DNA of 64,000 bases from Octopus vulgaris (GCA_951406725.2 OX597818.1:15438001-15502000), one strand, 5' to 3'. Shown: positions 14,233-27,369, counted from the stretch's first letter. The notes: a model not told the origin generated them from the letters alone. Numbers and translations are program-made.

Positions 14233-14381
14233 AAGAAGCTTGCTTCCTAACCATATGGTTTTCGGTTCAGTCCCACTCTATGGCACATTGGGCAAATGTT
14301 TTCTACTACAGCTTCGAGCTGACCAAAGTCTTGTGGATGGATTTGGTAGACAGAAATTGAAAGAAGCATGTCACATATATA

Positions 14382-15058
14382 TATATACGAAAGAAGGTTT
14401 GAAAATGCAATTTAAAAGATGTTTATTTACGTTACCGGTTTCACTCTTTGGAAAAAGATTGTCAAAAGTAACATGTAGAAGTTTGGTTGCATTAATTATT
14501 GGTTGTTACAAATTGCTACATTACATATATACAGTCATTGGTAACAGGGACATGTTAAGGACATAAAAAAGTTCAACAACTTCCTTAAAATATTGGGCAC
14601 AAAAGATTACTACATAAATAATCATTCTCAAGAACATGCTTAAGATAGTTTCCAGAAGGAATTGATATTGGTATTGGTATTGTATCTGTATATTCAAACA
14701 TGCACAGAATACTGGTTGACACAGAGTACTGCAATCCATATAAATATACATTCTTTGGTTACAAGAGCATGTTGAGAATATAAAAAAGTTTAACAAACTA
14801 ACTGAAATATTGGGCACAAAAGACTACAACAAATATATTATGCCCAATATTTTAAGGAAGTTGTTGAACTTTTTTATGTCCTTAACATGTCCCTGTTACC
14901 AAAGACTGTATATATGTAATGTAGCAATTTGTAACAACCAATAATTAACGCAACCAAACTTCTACATGTTACTTTTGACAATCGTTTTCCAAAGAGTGAA
15001 ACCGGTAAAGTAAATAAACATCTTTTAAATTGCATTTTCAAACCTTCTTTCGTATATA
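14382..15058. repeat. Fold-back: 218-bp inverted arms around a 241-bp spacer
   Basis: 14382-14599 is the reverse complement of 14841-15058 with about 4 mismatches. Confidence 0.95.
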
Positions 15059-15091
15059 ATTCCACTTGTGCGGTGCCCTACAACTCTACTG

Positions 15092-15140
<49 letters not shown>

Positions 15141-15932
15141 TGTGTTTGTGTGTGTGTGGACAATGAAGTTTGTTAGAAGAGACCTATATAGTTAATGTTC
15201 TGATTGAAATAACAGTGAGAAGATGACCTTAGTCCTAGTTACATGCCAAACACTTTTAAAGGAGTAAATAACTGGTAAGTGATTCAAAGGGTTTGTTGAT
15301 TTACGTTTTTAGCAATTCCAACAATAAAGCATAACAGAGAACCTTTGATGAGTGCAGAGAATAAGCTTTGAAGACAAGACATCATATTCGTGTTTGTCTT
15401 TCATTGTTGAAAATATCCAAGACACTGAATTGACTTGCATGTCTAGTCTGGTGGGTCCAGAAGTGGCTTATGAAATATTTTTGAACCAGAAGTCTTCTCC
15501 TACCTGTAGGTCATGGATCGAAAAGTGCAACATTTTGGAGTATTGATGGGGTATTGATAGCTCAAGCTTTGAAGAGTGAACACTTAACAACAGCAGTTAT
15601 TATTTTTTTTTTTTTGCTTTCAGCTGTTTTGGACACCACTGTCAGTCAGATGGTACCAGTTAGATTGGTTTTAGACTAGTAACTCGTATGAGTCAATTAC
15701 AGTTTTGAGGCCTTCTAAAGGTGTTTGTAAGTAGTATACTTTTGAGCACCCTCAGAAAAGTGATATCATATTAATGGAAGTAGAAGAAGAGAGGAGGGTG
15801 TGAATGATAAAATCTTCAAAATGACAGTACTTTAACATATGTGGGTAGGTGTCATCAGAATATGGTCCTAATCAAAACATATACATACCAAAACACACAC
15901 ACATACATATACATATACATATATACACAAAC

Positions 15933-15967
<35 letters not shown>

Positions 15968-17024
15968 TACATATATCCCTGTTGCTTATTTTCATTATAA
16001 CCACCCCATTTGATTCATATGAATAATACCATACCAAATTCTGGTACCTTTAACTTAAGTACCATATTCATCTGAATCTAAATTTTTGCTGAACTGATAT
16101 ATACACACACACACACACACATACATATACATATACATGTACATATATACCATCCCAATTGTAGAAAAAGTACACCCATCTTTACATTCTGAGTTCAAAT
16201 TCTACCAAGATTGACTTTGCCTTTCATCATTTTGGGGTCAATAAAATAAGTACCAGTTGAGCACTGGTCTATGTGACCTATCCCTCCCCAATAATTGCTG
16301 GTCTTCCACACCAACACTACAACCATTAACTTACATGTATGATCTTTCTTCTTTTTACCTCTTCCAACACTACAACAACAACATACATTGCTCTGATCAG
16401 AGCAAACTGCATATCCCCAGCAACCAAACTCATATGAAGCATCATTTTCTCTTCTTCTTGTCAGCCTACAGAATCTGATGCTAAATATTCAGTTCACAAA
16501 TCTCCCTGGAACTCTCTCTCTGTCTACATCACTCCTGCAAACCTCAACCTACAGAAAAGTTCATCAACTGCACATCAACATCAACAACTAACTATGGGTG
16601 TTGTTGCTCTTCTCCTGACTAATTTAAAACATATGAGTAAATATGAACAAACATATGTTTGAAGAACCTGTATAATTCATATTTTTGTACACATTTTTCC
16701 AACCTAAATTTTATATTATTTTATAAAAAAACAAACTATCATTATCTTTATTTTTTTATTTCTTTTATTTTGTAAATTTTGTGGTTGTCATTTTGTGGTT
16801 GCTACTTCCAGCAATTAAATTATCTGTTTACCCAGGTTAGTTGTGACCAGCCTGACAGCCAAATCATCTTTATAAAAACAGAACTGTCGAAAGATATAAA
16901 TGGTCACATTTATAAATATTCAACAAATGGGAAATGAGTCAGAGAAAGAGCCTCTATGCAGGCACTTTATAGGCTAGAAATAGCAGTAAACTTTCACTTG
17001 AGTCAGATCCTACCATTTTCAATA

Positions 17025-17130
<106 letters not shown>

Positions 17131-17284
17131 TACGCACATAGGCACCTACTACACTCTATGGAGGGATTGGGTTTAGAAGGCCATCCAGCCATAGAAACCA
17201 AGCCAAAACAGACAGGATCTTGGTACAGCTCCCTGAAGATGATGATGATGATATATTTATAAACACACAGCAATCAACTCCTTA

Positions 17285-17329
<45 letters not shown>

Positions 17330-17626
17330 TCTTGGCTTATGGGTTCTTAGATGGTTTATGCACACACATATGTACATCCATACATACATATATGTATGTA
17401 TGTATGTGCATCTGTATGTAAACCGTCTAAGAACCCATATGCCAAGAAAAAATGCACTCATATATGAGAGTAGTGATCATATCAATCAAAGTATACAGTA
17501 TTATAAATCCATTATGGTTGATCTAACACTCTGTTGAATCTCTTGTGCAAAACCAATTGATAAGATTGATCATAATGGATATATAATACTATATACTTCG
17601 ATTAATATGTGTGTGTGTGCATGTGT

Positions 17627-17687
<61 letters not shown>

Positions 17688-18642
17688 CATGTATATCTAT
17701 ATACCTGCCTATCACTTTTCTACCCACTTACCAATCCATTGATTTTTCCTACTTGAATAAGGCATCAAAACTATGGAAGTTCCCAAAGAATATATAAGAT
17801 GTATCAGGTTTTATGAGTTCACAAAGGACAACTGTGCAATTACTATTGCTGTAAATAAATATACAAGAACCGCAAAGTGATAATGTCTTGAATAAGTGAA
17901 AATACCAATGATAATATCAAAGATTCATCTTGCTGTGGACATTCTGTTTGTATTAATGATGAACAACTCACAACATCATTGAGAAAAATGGCAATGCAAC
18001 TTTCGAAGAATCAGTAAAAGAGCTTCATTGATAATTACACAATTCTTGTCCTTGGTTTGAAACAGTCGTTTCCTATTTGCTTACTCCTAAAAAGTATGAA
18101 AAATGACTAATAATTCTTTTAAACTTTGCTTTTGTTATATTTATTCAAACCCTAATGATTGTTATGATGCTTCTCCCTCATAAAACATGGCTATGATGCT
18201 TCCCCCCTACCAATACTCTTGCTCATGATTAGAGGTGCACATATTGTCAGCCACTAAGGGACATGCTCAAGTGGTTATGGTCAAGCAACTTACAAGCAAA
18301 TTTGTGGTATTGAGCAGAATATTTGCTATAATGATATTTCTGCTTCAGCAGCTTGGTGTTGAATTTGTTTGAAATGTTATGCAAAATAGGTCACTTGAAA
18401 ACATTGATGTCCAGATCACAAAAGCAAAGTTTGAAGGGAATAGTAGTCATTTCCTTTGATTTCTAGATAGAAGCAAATAGGACATAACATTTACTGACCA
18501 ATGACAACAAAAAAAAAAAAAACACAAAGAAAAACTTGAAATAGTGCCTGAGTTCAATAAATGTTTTCTTTGCGAAATGAACAGTTGGAATCAAATAGCA
18601 GTGTCAATGCCTGCATTACACTCCATGTTTAGATTGCATTCT

Positions 18643-18873
18643 TATTTCTTTATTGCCCACAAGGAGCTAAACATAGAGGGAACATACAAGGACAGACGAA
18701 GGGATTAAGTCGATTACATCAATCCCAGTGCGTAACTGGTACTTAATTTATTGACCCTGAAAGGATGAAAGGCAAAGTCAGCCTCGGCAGAATTTGAACT
18801 CAGAAGGTAACAGCAGACGAAATACTGCTAAGCATTTTGCCCAGTATGCTAACGTTTCTGCTAGGTCGCCACC
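18643..18873 (-). mobile_element. Same SINE family, inverted relative to its neighbour
   Basis: Reverse complement of 18895-19130; flanked by repeat ttgcattctta (TSD). Confidence 0.85.
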
Positions 18874-18894
18874 TTTGCATTCTTATCAGTTATG

Positions 18895-19130
18895 AAGGCA
18901 GTGAGCTGGCAGAAACGTTAGCATGAAGGACGAAATGCTTAGTGGTATTTTGTCTGCAGTTACGTTCTGAGTTCAAATTCCGCCGAGGTTGACTTTGCCT
19001 TTCATCCTTTCGGGGTCGATAAATTAAGTACCAGTTATGCACTGGGGTCGATGTAATCGACTTAATCCGTTTGTCTGTCCTTGTTTGTTGCCTCTATGTT
19101 TAGCCCCTTGTAGGCAATAAAGAAATAAGA
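18895..19130 (+). mobile_element. Second tRNA-derived SINE family; copies at about 16170, 18643 (-), 27090, 30800, 35702 and 52723
   Basis: gagttcaaattcc B box; conserved gcctttcatcctttcggggtcgataaa..agtacc domain (Meta/MESC-type from memory); tail ...gcaataaagaaata. Confidence 0.85.
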
Positions 19131-19499
19131 ATCCTTAAGATGCTGGAGAAAATGCTTGGCAGCATTTCTTCAGGCTATAAATTCTTAGTTCAAATGCTTT
19201 TCATCCTTTGGGGTCGATAAAATAAGTACTAGGTAAGTACTAGGGTTGACGTAATTGATTAGCACTGAAGGCAATGAATTCGATCAGGGCAGCAAGCAAA
19301 ACTCCAAATTAAGGAACATCTCCCTACTAAGGCTTCAAGAGCATTTGATGAGGCAAGAGGAATGTCTGTCACTTCAAATTCCTTCCTCTGAGCCTTGAAC
19401 AATTTGACTGACTGAAAAACAAAAAAATTGAAAAAGTGGCATTCTTTGTCAATCAAATTGGTATTGTCTTCCATCACAAAAATACCCTAACCTTCATAT

Positions 19500-19795
19500 T
19501 GCAAGAATCAGTTCTCCCAGAATTAAAATGTTTGGCTGAGAAAAGCTTGCAACATACCCTATATCCTACGAACCTTTGACCTTCAAATTACCACTTATTT
19601 TGAAGCTTGAAATATTTCATTGGTGATGAAAACTATGATGAATTGGAGGCACTAAAACTGAGCAGCATCAGCACTACCGATTACTCCAAATATCAGGAGT
19701 TCTATAAAGCCAACATCATGAAACTGTCAAAATGTTGTCAGAAAGTTATTGATTCAAACAGAAAGGGAGCATATACATGTTTAAATCAACAATAT
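19500..19795 (+). mobile_element. Decayed mariner transposase C-terminus
   Basis: PSNYHLF-like motif (cf. YSPDLAPSDYHLF) and EFYKANIMKL...QKVIDSN.GAY. Confidence 0.55.
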
Positions 19796-20774
19796 GACCT
19801 TGTGTGTATGTGTGTGTGTGTATGCATTTGTGAGTGTGTGTGTCTATGTGTGTGTGTGTGTACACTGATTTACAGTCTTATGCACACGCATATATGCACA
19901 CATAAATATACACACTAGTTAGTCCCCTTTATCTCTTTCCCAGAGCAACATTTAATTGCTATTGCATTTTATCTTCTTAATTGGGATCAAAATAATTAGC
20001 AGATGTAGGCTGGTTCAGACATGTATGGGGTATGTCAACATATATTTATTTTTAATAAACACACACACAGTTATTACTACAGACAATGTAATCCACTTAC
20101 ATGTAGATATAGAAAGCCTTCTGAATTTGTATTCTGTTATTCTTTTATTCTTTAAATTGTTTCTGTCATTTAACTATGGTTAGGCTCAAGCACCACCTTC
20201 AAGGGTTTTAGCTAAACAAATTGGCCCTAGGACTTATTTTCTTTTAAAGCCTAGTATTCTTTTGTCAAACTGCTAAGTTACAAGGGACACAAACACACCA
20301 ACACTAGTTGTCAAGCAGTGATGTGATGGGAGAAACAGACAGAAAGACACACACACATATATATATGAACATATATATACAACAGGCTGCTTTCAGTTTC
20401 TGTCTACCAAATCCATTTGTAAAGCTTTGGTCAGCCCGAGGCTATAGTATAGGATACTTGTCCATGGTGCTATGAATGGGACTGAACGCAGAACCATGTG
20501 GTTGGGAAGCAAGCTTCTTACAACACAGCCGCGCCTGTGCCTATGTATACTCTCTTTTACTCTTTTACTTGTTTCAGTCATTTGACTGTGGCCATGTTGG
20601 AGCACCCCCTTTAGTCAAGCAAATCGACCCCAGGACTTATTCTTTGTTAGCATAGTACTTATTCTATCACTCTCTTTTGCTGAACCGCTAAGTTACGAGG
20701 ATGTAAACACACCATCATCGGTTGTCAAGGGATGTTGTGGGGGGACAAACACAGACACACAAACACATACACAC

Positions 20775-20841
<67 letters not shown>

Positions 20842-21100
20842 TATATATACATATATACAACGGGCTTCTTTCAGTTTCCGTCTGCCAAATCCACTCACAA
20901 GGTTTTGGTCAGCCCGAGGCTATAGTAGAAGACACTTGCCCAAGGTGCCACGCAGTGGAACTGAACCCGGAACCAAGGTACCAAGGTGCATAAGCAAGGT
21001 AATTACCACACAGCCAATGTTTTTATAGACTACATTAATTTTACTGTATTGCGCCTTCCTTTTCCATTTGCACATTTTAGTGGCTGATGTATATATATAT

Positions 21101-22110
21101 ATCATCATCATCATCATCATCATTTAACGTCCGCTTTCCATGCTAGCATGGGTTGGACGGTTCAACTGGGGTCTGGGGAGCCCGAAGGCTGCACCAGGCC
21201 AGTCAGATCTGGCAGTGTTTCTACAGCTGGATGCCCTTCCTAACGCCAACCACTCCGAGAGTGTAGTGGGTGATTTTATGTGCCACCGACACAGGTGCCA
21301 GACGAGGCTGGCGAACGGCCACGCTCGGATGGTGTTTTTATGTGCCACCGACACAGGTGCCAGACGAAGCTGGCGAACGGCCACGCTCGGATGGTGTTTT
21401 TATGTGCCACCGACACAGGTGCCAGACAAGGCTAGCAGACGACCACGCTCGGATGGTGTTTTTTATGTGCCACCGACACAGGTGCCAGACGAGGCTGGCG
21501 AACGGCCACGCTCGGATGGTGGTTTTATGTGCCACCGACACAGGTGCCAGACAAGGCTAGCAGACGACCACGCTCGGATGGTGTTTTTTATGTGCCACCG
21601 ACACAGGAGCCAGATTAGGCTGGCGATCGGCCACGATTGGATGGTGATTGTTACGTGCCCACAGCATGGAGGCCAGTCGGTGCGGTACTGGCTACGGCCA
21701 CGTTCGGATGGTTTTCTTGTTTGCCACCGGCACTGGTACCACAGAGATACAAATTCCATTGATGTTCATCTATTTTGATTTTGTTTGATTTTCATTTGCC
21801 TCAACAGGTCTTCACAAGTGTCACAAGAAGGAAGGTATGCACAGGTGGACTGACTACGTCCCAGGTAGGGGCCATGGGTTATGGCCTGACTAGTCTTGCC
21901 GGGTCTTCTCACGCACAGCATACTTCCATAGGTCTCGGTCTCTAGTCATTTACCTTGGTGAGACCTAAAGTTCGTAGGTCGTGCTTCACCACTTCGTCCC
22001 AGGTTTTCCTGGGTCTACCTCTTCCACAGGTTCCCTCAACTGCTAGGGTGTAGCACTTTTGCACACAACTATCTTCAGCCATTCTCGTCATATGACCATA
22101 CCAGCGCAGG
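21101..22110 (-). mobile_element. RTE-clade LINE 3' end: ORF C-terminus, long 3' UTR with 61-bp repeats, (ATG)n tail
   Basis: LRWYGHMTRM...GRGRPRKTWDEVVKHDL runs into the repeat array, GGAAGGGCATCC motif and (ATG)n. Confidence 0.88.
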
Positions 22111-22337
22111 TCATATATATATATATATATATATGGACATATAAGCAACTTATAAATAAGCAATGAATTATATGTGGTTATTGACCATTTAAAGTCTATT
22201 CTTGCCATATTTGGCATAGAAATTTTCTCTTTTGCCCTTATTTATAAGTTATCTATAATTTTCACCTTAAAAGGTATTTTTTAATATGCTGGACACTGAC
22301 AAAATTTTGAAAATTTTATCCTATTTTAGATATATGG

Positions 22338-22409
<72 letters not shown>

Positions 22410-22410
22410 T

Positions 22411-22504
<94 letters not shown>

Positions 22505-22506
<2 letters not shown>

Positions 22507-22793
22507 GAGCGCAATGGCCCAGTGGTTAGGGCAGCGGACTCGTGGTCATAGGATCGCGGTTTCGATTCCCAGACCAGGTGTTGTGAGTGTTTATTGAGCA
22601 AAAACACCTAAAGCTCCACGAGGCTCCTGCAGGGGGTGGTGGCGATCCCTGCTGTACTCTTTCGCCACAACTTTCTCTCACTCTTTCTTCTGTTGGCTGC
22701 TCGCTTAGCCAGTGGGGTGGCATCATTTGCAGGCTAAAACAATGCGAAGCGCATTGTGACCATCTGATAACCTGGTCGGTCATGGTGATCACG

Positions 22794-22797
<4 letters not shown>
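22505..22797 (+). mobile_element. Third tRNA-derived SINE family; related heads at about 1-70, 24060, 25510 and 48120
   Basis: tggcccagtggttag A box and ggtttcgattccc B box followed by a non-tRNA body; embedded in (TA)n. Confidence 0.75.
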
Positions 22798-22837
<40 letters not shown>

Positions 22838-22868
22838 CAGATCAAAATGGAAGGTGCAATACATATAT

Positions 22869-23790
22869 ATCATCATCGTCATCATTTAACGTCTGTTTTC
22901 CATGCTGACATGGGTTGGACAGTTTGACTGGGGACTGGCAAAACAGGAAGCCACACCAGGCTCCAATCTGATCTGGCAGTGTTTCTACAGCTGGGTGCCC
23001 TTCCTAACGTCAACCATTCTGAGAGTGTAGCGGGTGCTTTTTACATGCCACCAGCATGGAAGCTATTCAGGTGGCACTAGCATCGGCCATGTTCACATGG
23101 TATTTTTATGTGCTACTGGCACAGGAGCCAGTCAGGGCAGCAGAGCTGGCATCGACCATGTTGCCACCAGCACAGGGAGCCAGTTAGGTGACACTGGCAA
23201 TGACCCACACATGCATGGTGCTTATTGCGTGCCACCAGCACAGAAGCCAGTCAGGTGGCATTGGCATCTACAGATCAAGCAAGGCCATCTACATGAAGGG
23301 GTTTGTGTTGTGTTCACCTTACTAGGGCTTTGGTTTTGCAACATTGACTCTAAGGTCCTTCAATTCTAAACCTTGCTTCCACACCTGAAATTTCTTCACT
23401 AGTTCTGATAGTGATTCCACTATGAGACAAAGTTATCAGTATAGAGGAGCTCTCAGGAGCAACCTGTCTTGAATTCCTCTGTTATTGCCTGGAGGGTTAT
23501 GATGAATAAGATGGGACTGAGAGCTGATTCTTGGTGAACCTCTACTTCTACCTGACATTCTTTACCATGCTCAAGGCCAACCTTTAGCTTACTAATGACA
23601 TCCCTGTACAGGGTCAGTGTAACTCTTATTAACCACTTGTCAATCCCCAGTTTCCACATTGCCCACCAGATAAGGGATTGGAGGACCTTGTCAAAGGCTT
23701 TCTCCAAGTCAACAAAAGCCAAGTATAGGGGTTTATCTTTGGCTAGGTATTTCTCCTGAAGTTGCCATACCAGGAATATAGTGTCAGATA
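22869..23790 (-). mobile_element. Older RTE copy: RT fragment joined to a degenerate 3' UTR
   Basis: QLQEKYLAKDKPLYLAFVDLEKAFDKV...HQESALSPILF; same 3' terminal sequence as 21101. Confidence 0.82.
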
Positions 23791-25649
23791 CATGCTTGTG
23801 TGTGTATGTGGGGAGGAGAAAATCAGGTGTAGTGTTGGTGAGTCTCAGGAAGCATGGAAGTTTTGAAGGATGCAATGCTCCGACAACTAACAACTGATGC
23901 CGGCAGTTTGTTCCATACTTCAGCAACTCTTAGCATGAAAAAATGTTTCCGAAAGTCATGGGAGCTGTGCTATTTTCTGACTTTGTAAACATGTCCATGG
24001 ATGTTAGACAGGTGGAGTTTGAAAATGTGCTCAGAGTTATTGTTAGTAAGATGGTTAAAAGTCTCTTGCTCAAGAACACAACATGCAGCCCAGTCTAGGA
24101 ATCAAACTCATAACTTCACGATCATAAGCTCGATGCTCTAACCACTGAGCCATGTGCCTTCACGTATGTGTGTGTGTGTATGTGTGTGTGTGCGTATGTG
24201 TGTGTGTGTGTGTGTGTATAAAATTAATATAGAGAGCAGTGTGCAATGTTTTACCAAAAAGGATAACTATAATTGTCATTAAATATGACTAGGCTGTTAT
24301 AAACACCTACATTGCTAGAAAAAAGAGCTAAAATGCTCTAATGCTGTAGTCAGAGCACATAATTGTATTCATATATACTGACAGGGACTAAAATCACCCC
24401 AAAACACCAATATATATTTGTACTGGTGCCACATGAAAAGCATCCAATACACTCTGTAAAAGTGGTTGGTATTGGGAAGGGCATGCAGCTGTAGAAATTT
24501 TGCCAAAACAGACAATTGAAGCCTGGAACAGCTCACTAGCTTGCCAGCGTCTTTTAAATCATTCAACCCATGCCAGCATGGCAAACAGATGTTAAATGAT
24601 AATGAAGTTAAAATCTACAAGCCACAGGGTCATCAATTGAACCCTTAACACACCTATTATAGAGGGCCTCTAAGAAAAGTACCTAACTCTGCTAACCTCA
24701 GTTTGCCTCATATAGCTGAAATTCAAACTTGAAGAACACTAATATCACTGGATATACCAAACTTTCTCTTGACAGTAAACTCCCTTTTATCCAGTACTCA
24801 AATAAGCAAAACCCTCAAGCAACTGGCACCCAGAAAAAAAGAAAAGAAAATGTGGTATTAATCAGAGTCAATAGAATTTGTGCTAATTTGTGTTTATTAA
24901 TTAATTGTCAAGAAAGAAAGTTTGCAACTTACTAAATACAATATTTTATTTTGCTGTAGGCGTGGCTGTGTGGTAAGAAGCTTGCTTCCCAACCACATGG
25001 TCCTGGGTTCAGTCCCAGTGTGTGGCACCTTGGGCAAGTGTTTTCTACTATGGCCCCAGGCCAACCAAAGTCTTGTGAGTGGATTTGGTAGACAGAAACT
25101 GAAGGAAACTCATCATGTATGTGTGTGTGTAAGTGTATGTGTGTGTGCATGTGTGTGTGTGCCTGTGTTTGTTCCCGCATCACCATTTGACAACCAGTGT
25201 TGGTGTGTTTATGTCCCTGCAACATACTGGTTTGCCAAAAGAGACAAATAGAATAAGTACTTGGCTTCAGAAATAAATCCTGCGATCAATTTGTTCAACT
25301 AAAAACCCTTCAAGGAGGTGCTCCAGCATGGCCACAGTCAAATGACTGAAACAAGTAAAAGAACACCTGTAATAAAGCTTATTATTAGTCCACATTACTC
25401 TGTAAGGAGTGTAGGGCTGGTTTCCTGGTTTCTCTGACATATATATTTCTCCCTGGATGGGATGCTCATCTGTCACAGGACAACTCATTTTCACCAGCTG
25501 AGCAGACTAGAGCAACATGAAATGAAGTATTTTGCTCATGAACACAACACACCACCCAATCCAGGAATAGTTACCACAATATTACAACCTTGAGTCCAAC
25601 ACTCTAACCACTAAGTCATGTAGCCATATGCCTCCACAATGTTATCAAC

Positions 25650-26035
25650 CATCTTACAAACAATAACTCTGAGCACTTTTTCAAACTCCACCTGTCTAAC
25701 ACCCGTGGACATATTTATAAAGTCAGAAAACAGCACAGCTCCCATGACTTTAGGAAACATTTTTTCACGCTGCGAGAGAGTGCTGAAGCATGGAACAAAC
25801 TGCCAGCATCAGTTGTTAGTTATCGGAGCACTGCATCCTTCAAAACTTCCATGCTTTCTGAGATTCGCCAACACTACACCTGATTTCCTCCCCTCCATAC
25901 ACACACAAGCATGTATCTGACTCATACATTGTTCGCTTTCCAGATATTTGTACATTACTGCATATACTTTATACACACTTTTGACAAGTTGTGGTGCACC
26001 TGAGCACTGTATACAATAATTTCATTATTATTATA
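25650..26035 (+). mobile_element. CR1/L2-type LINE 3' fragment; inverted sister copy at about 23783-24048
   Basis: RGHIYKVRKQHSSHDFRKHFF...EAWNKLPASVV; (att)n tail. Confidence 0.75.
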
Positions 26036-26159
26036 AAGCTTATGTTTTATTTCATTTATATTTCCCCTTTTATCTCCTATTTTTACTATATTTAGAATAT
26101 TAATGTAAAATGTAAATGAGTAAAGTTGTAAGGGGATTTAAAATGTGCAGAAAATTCAG

Positions 26160-26248
26160 TTATCCGCCACTATCTGGGTCCAGTGGTGCCAGATAAGCAT
26201 ATAATGCTTTAGATTGTATTCCATGCTCTACTCTTTTATCAAACACAT
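26160..26248 (-). CDS. Candidate alternative terminal exon (secreted isoform)
   Basis: Long polypyrimidine tract then aag|; phase 1 fits exon H; DVFDKRVEHGIQSKALYAYLAPLDPDSGG*; AATAAA at 26046-26051, about 110 nt after the stop. Confidence 0.5.
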
Positions 26249-26633
26249 CTTGAGTGAAATAAAACAAAACAAAATAAAACTGATATGAATATATATTAAA
26301 AAAAATTGAAGACTTATTTCTGATTCCATGGGAAATAATTCTTTCATTAACATAAAGAATTATGTCCCTTAAAACAAAATAATACATAATAATAAGGAAA
26401 TTATGAAATGTATGGTTTTGAGTAAAGATTGGTTTATTTTCTCAGTCTTGAATCTATCAATAACCTGCTAGTGGAATTAGGTAGATGACAACTGTACAGA
26501 AGCCCATCAAATGCATCAACCTCCTCATCATCATCACCATCCTCATCACCACCACCACCACCACTATCTGTCTGTCTGTCTGCTTTTATTGCTGACATGG
26601 TTTGGACAGTTCATCAAAGTGGGATCTTGCATG

Positions 26634-26664
<31 letters not shown>

Positions 26665-27369
26665 AAACACGCATGCTCATACACTGGGTGTTTATTTCTG
26701 TGCCACAAATACTTGAGAAGTTGAAAGATTTCCTTCTGTCCTGTACCAGTTCTTACTTAAAGTTATGCTCTTCTGGATGGGTAACCTGTGATGAAACTTG
26801 TGGAGTCTATGTGGCACCCACATATCCCCTTTCTAACATGGTTTCTATTTCTTAATATGTTGCTTATCGCTGACTACATATAGCAAAATATGACAGAACT
26901 CAATAATTTTTGGTGGTAAAAATATTTATTACTTAGGCTCATATCTGCAGCGTCCAATGTTGTCACCTAGTTTTGTTGTCTGGGATAAAACTTGGCCATG
27001 AGAGGTACCCGTACAACTCATCACTTCTGTATGAGAATTGTTCATGTACACACACACACACACACACACAACACACAGATTATATATAGGTTTCAAATTT
27101 TGGCACAAGGCTAGCAGTTTTGGGGAAGGGGTTAAGTTGATTATATTGACCCCAATGCTCAACTGGTACTTATCTTATTGACCCTGAAAGGATGAAAGGC
27201 AAAGTTGACCTTGGTGGAATTTGAACTCAGAATGTAAAGATAGATGAAGTGTTTCCCAGTGTGTTAATGATTTTGCCAGCTCACTGCCTAACACATATTA
27301 TATATACGTTGATAGATAGATATAGATATATTTGTATATACACACACACGTGTGTGTGTGTGCATCTTT

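Noticed and set aside
21265-21740. CRISPR-like appearance of the 61-bp array
   Set aside because: No unique spacers and no cas genes; it lies within an RTE 3' UTR in a eukaryotic intron
21265-21740. HDV-like, twister or pistol ribozyme in the repeat unit (CAG-CCUCGU-CUG resembles HDV P3/L3)
   Set aside because: I could not build the P1/P2 pseudoknot or the J4/2 catalytic strand by hand
22505-22575. tRNA gene
   Set aside because: A and B boxes are present but the acceptor stem is not closed and it continues into a SINE body
26967-27026. Possible 60-bp phase 1-1 cassette exon (EVMSCTGTSHGQVLSQTTKL)
   Set aside because: Weak pyrimidine tract, weak donor (gtgaca) and no domain similarity
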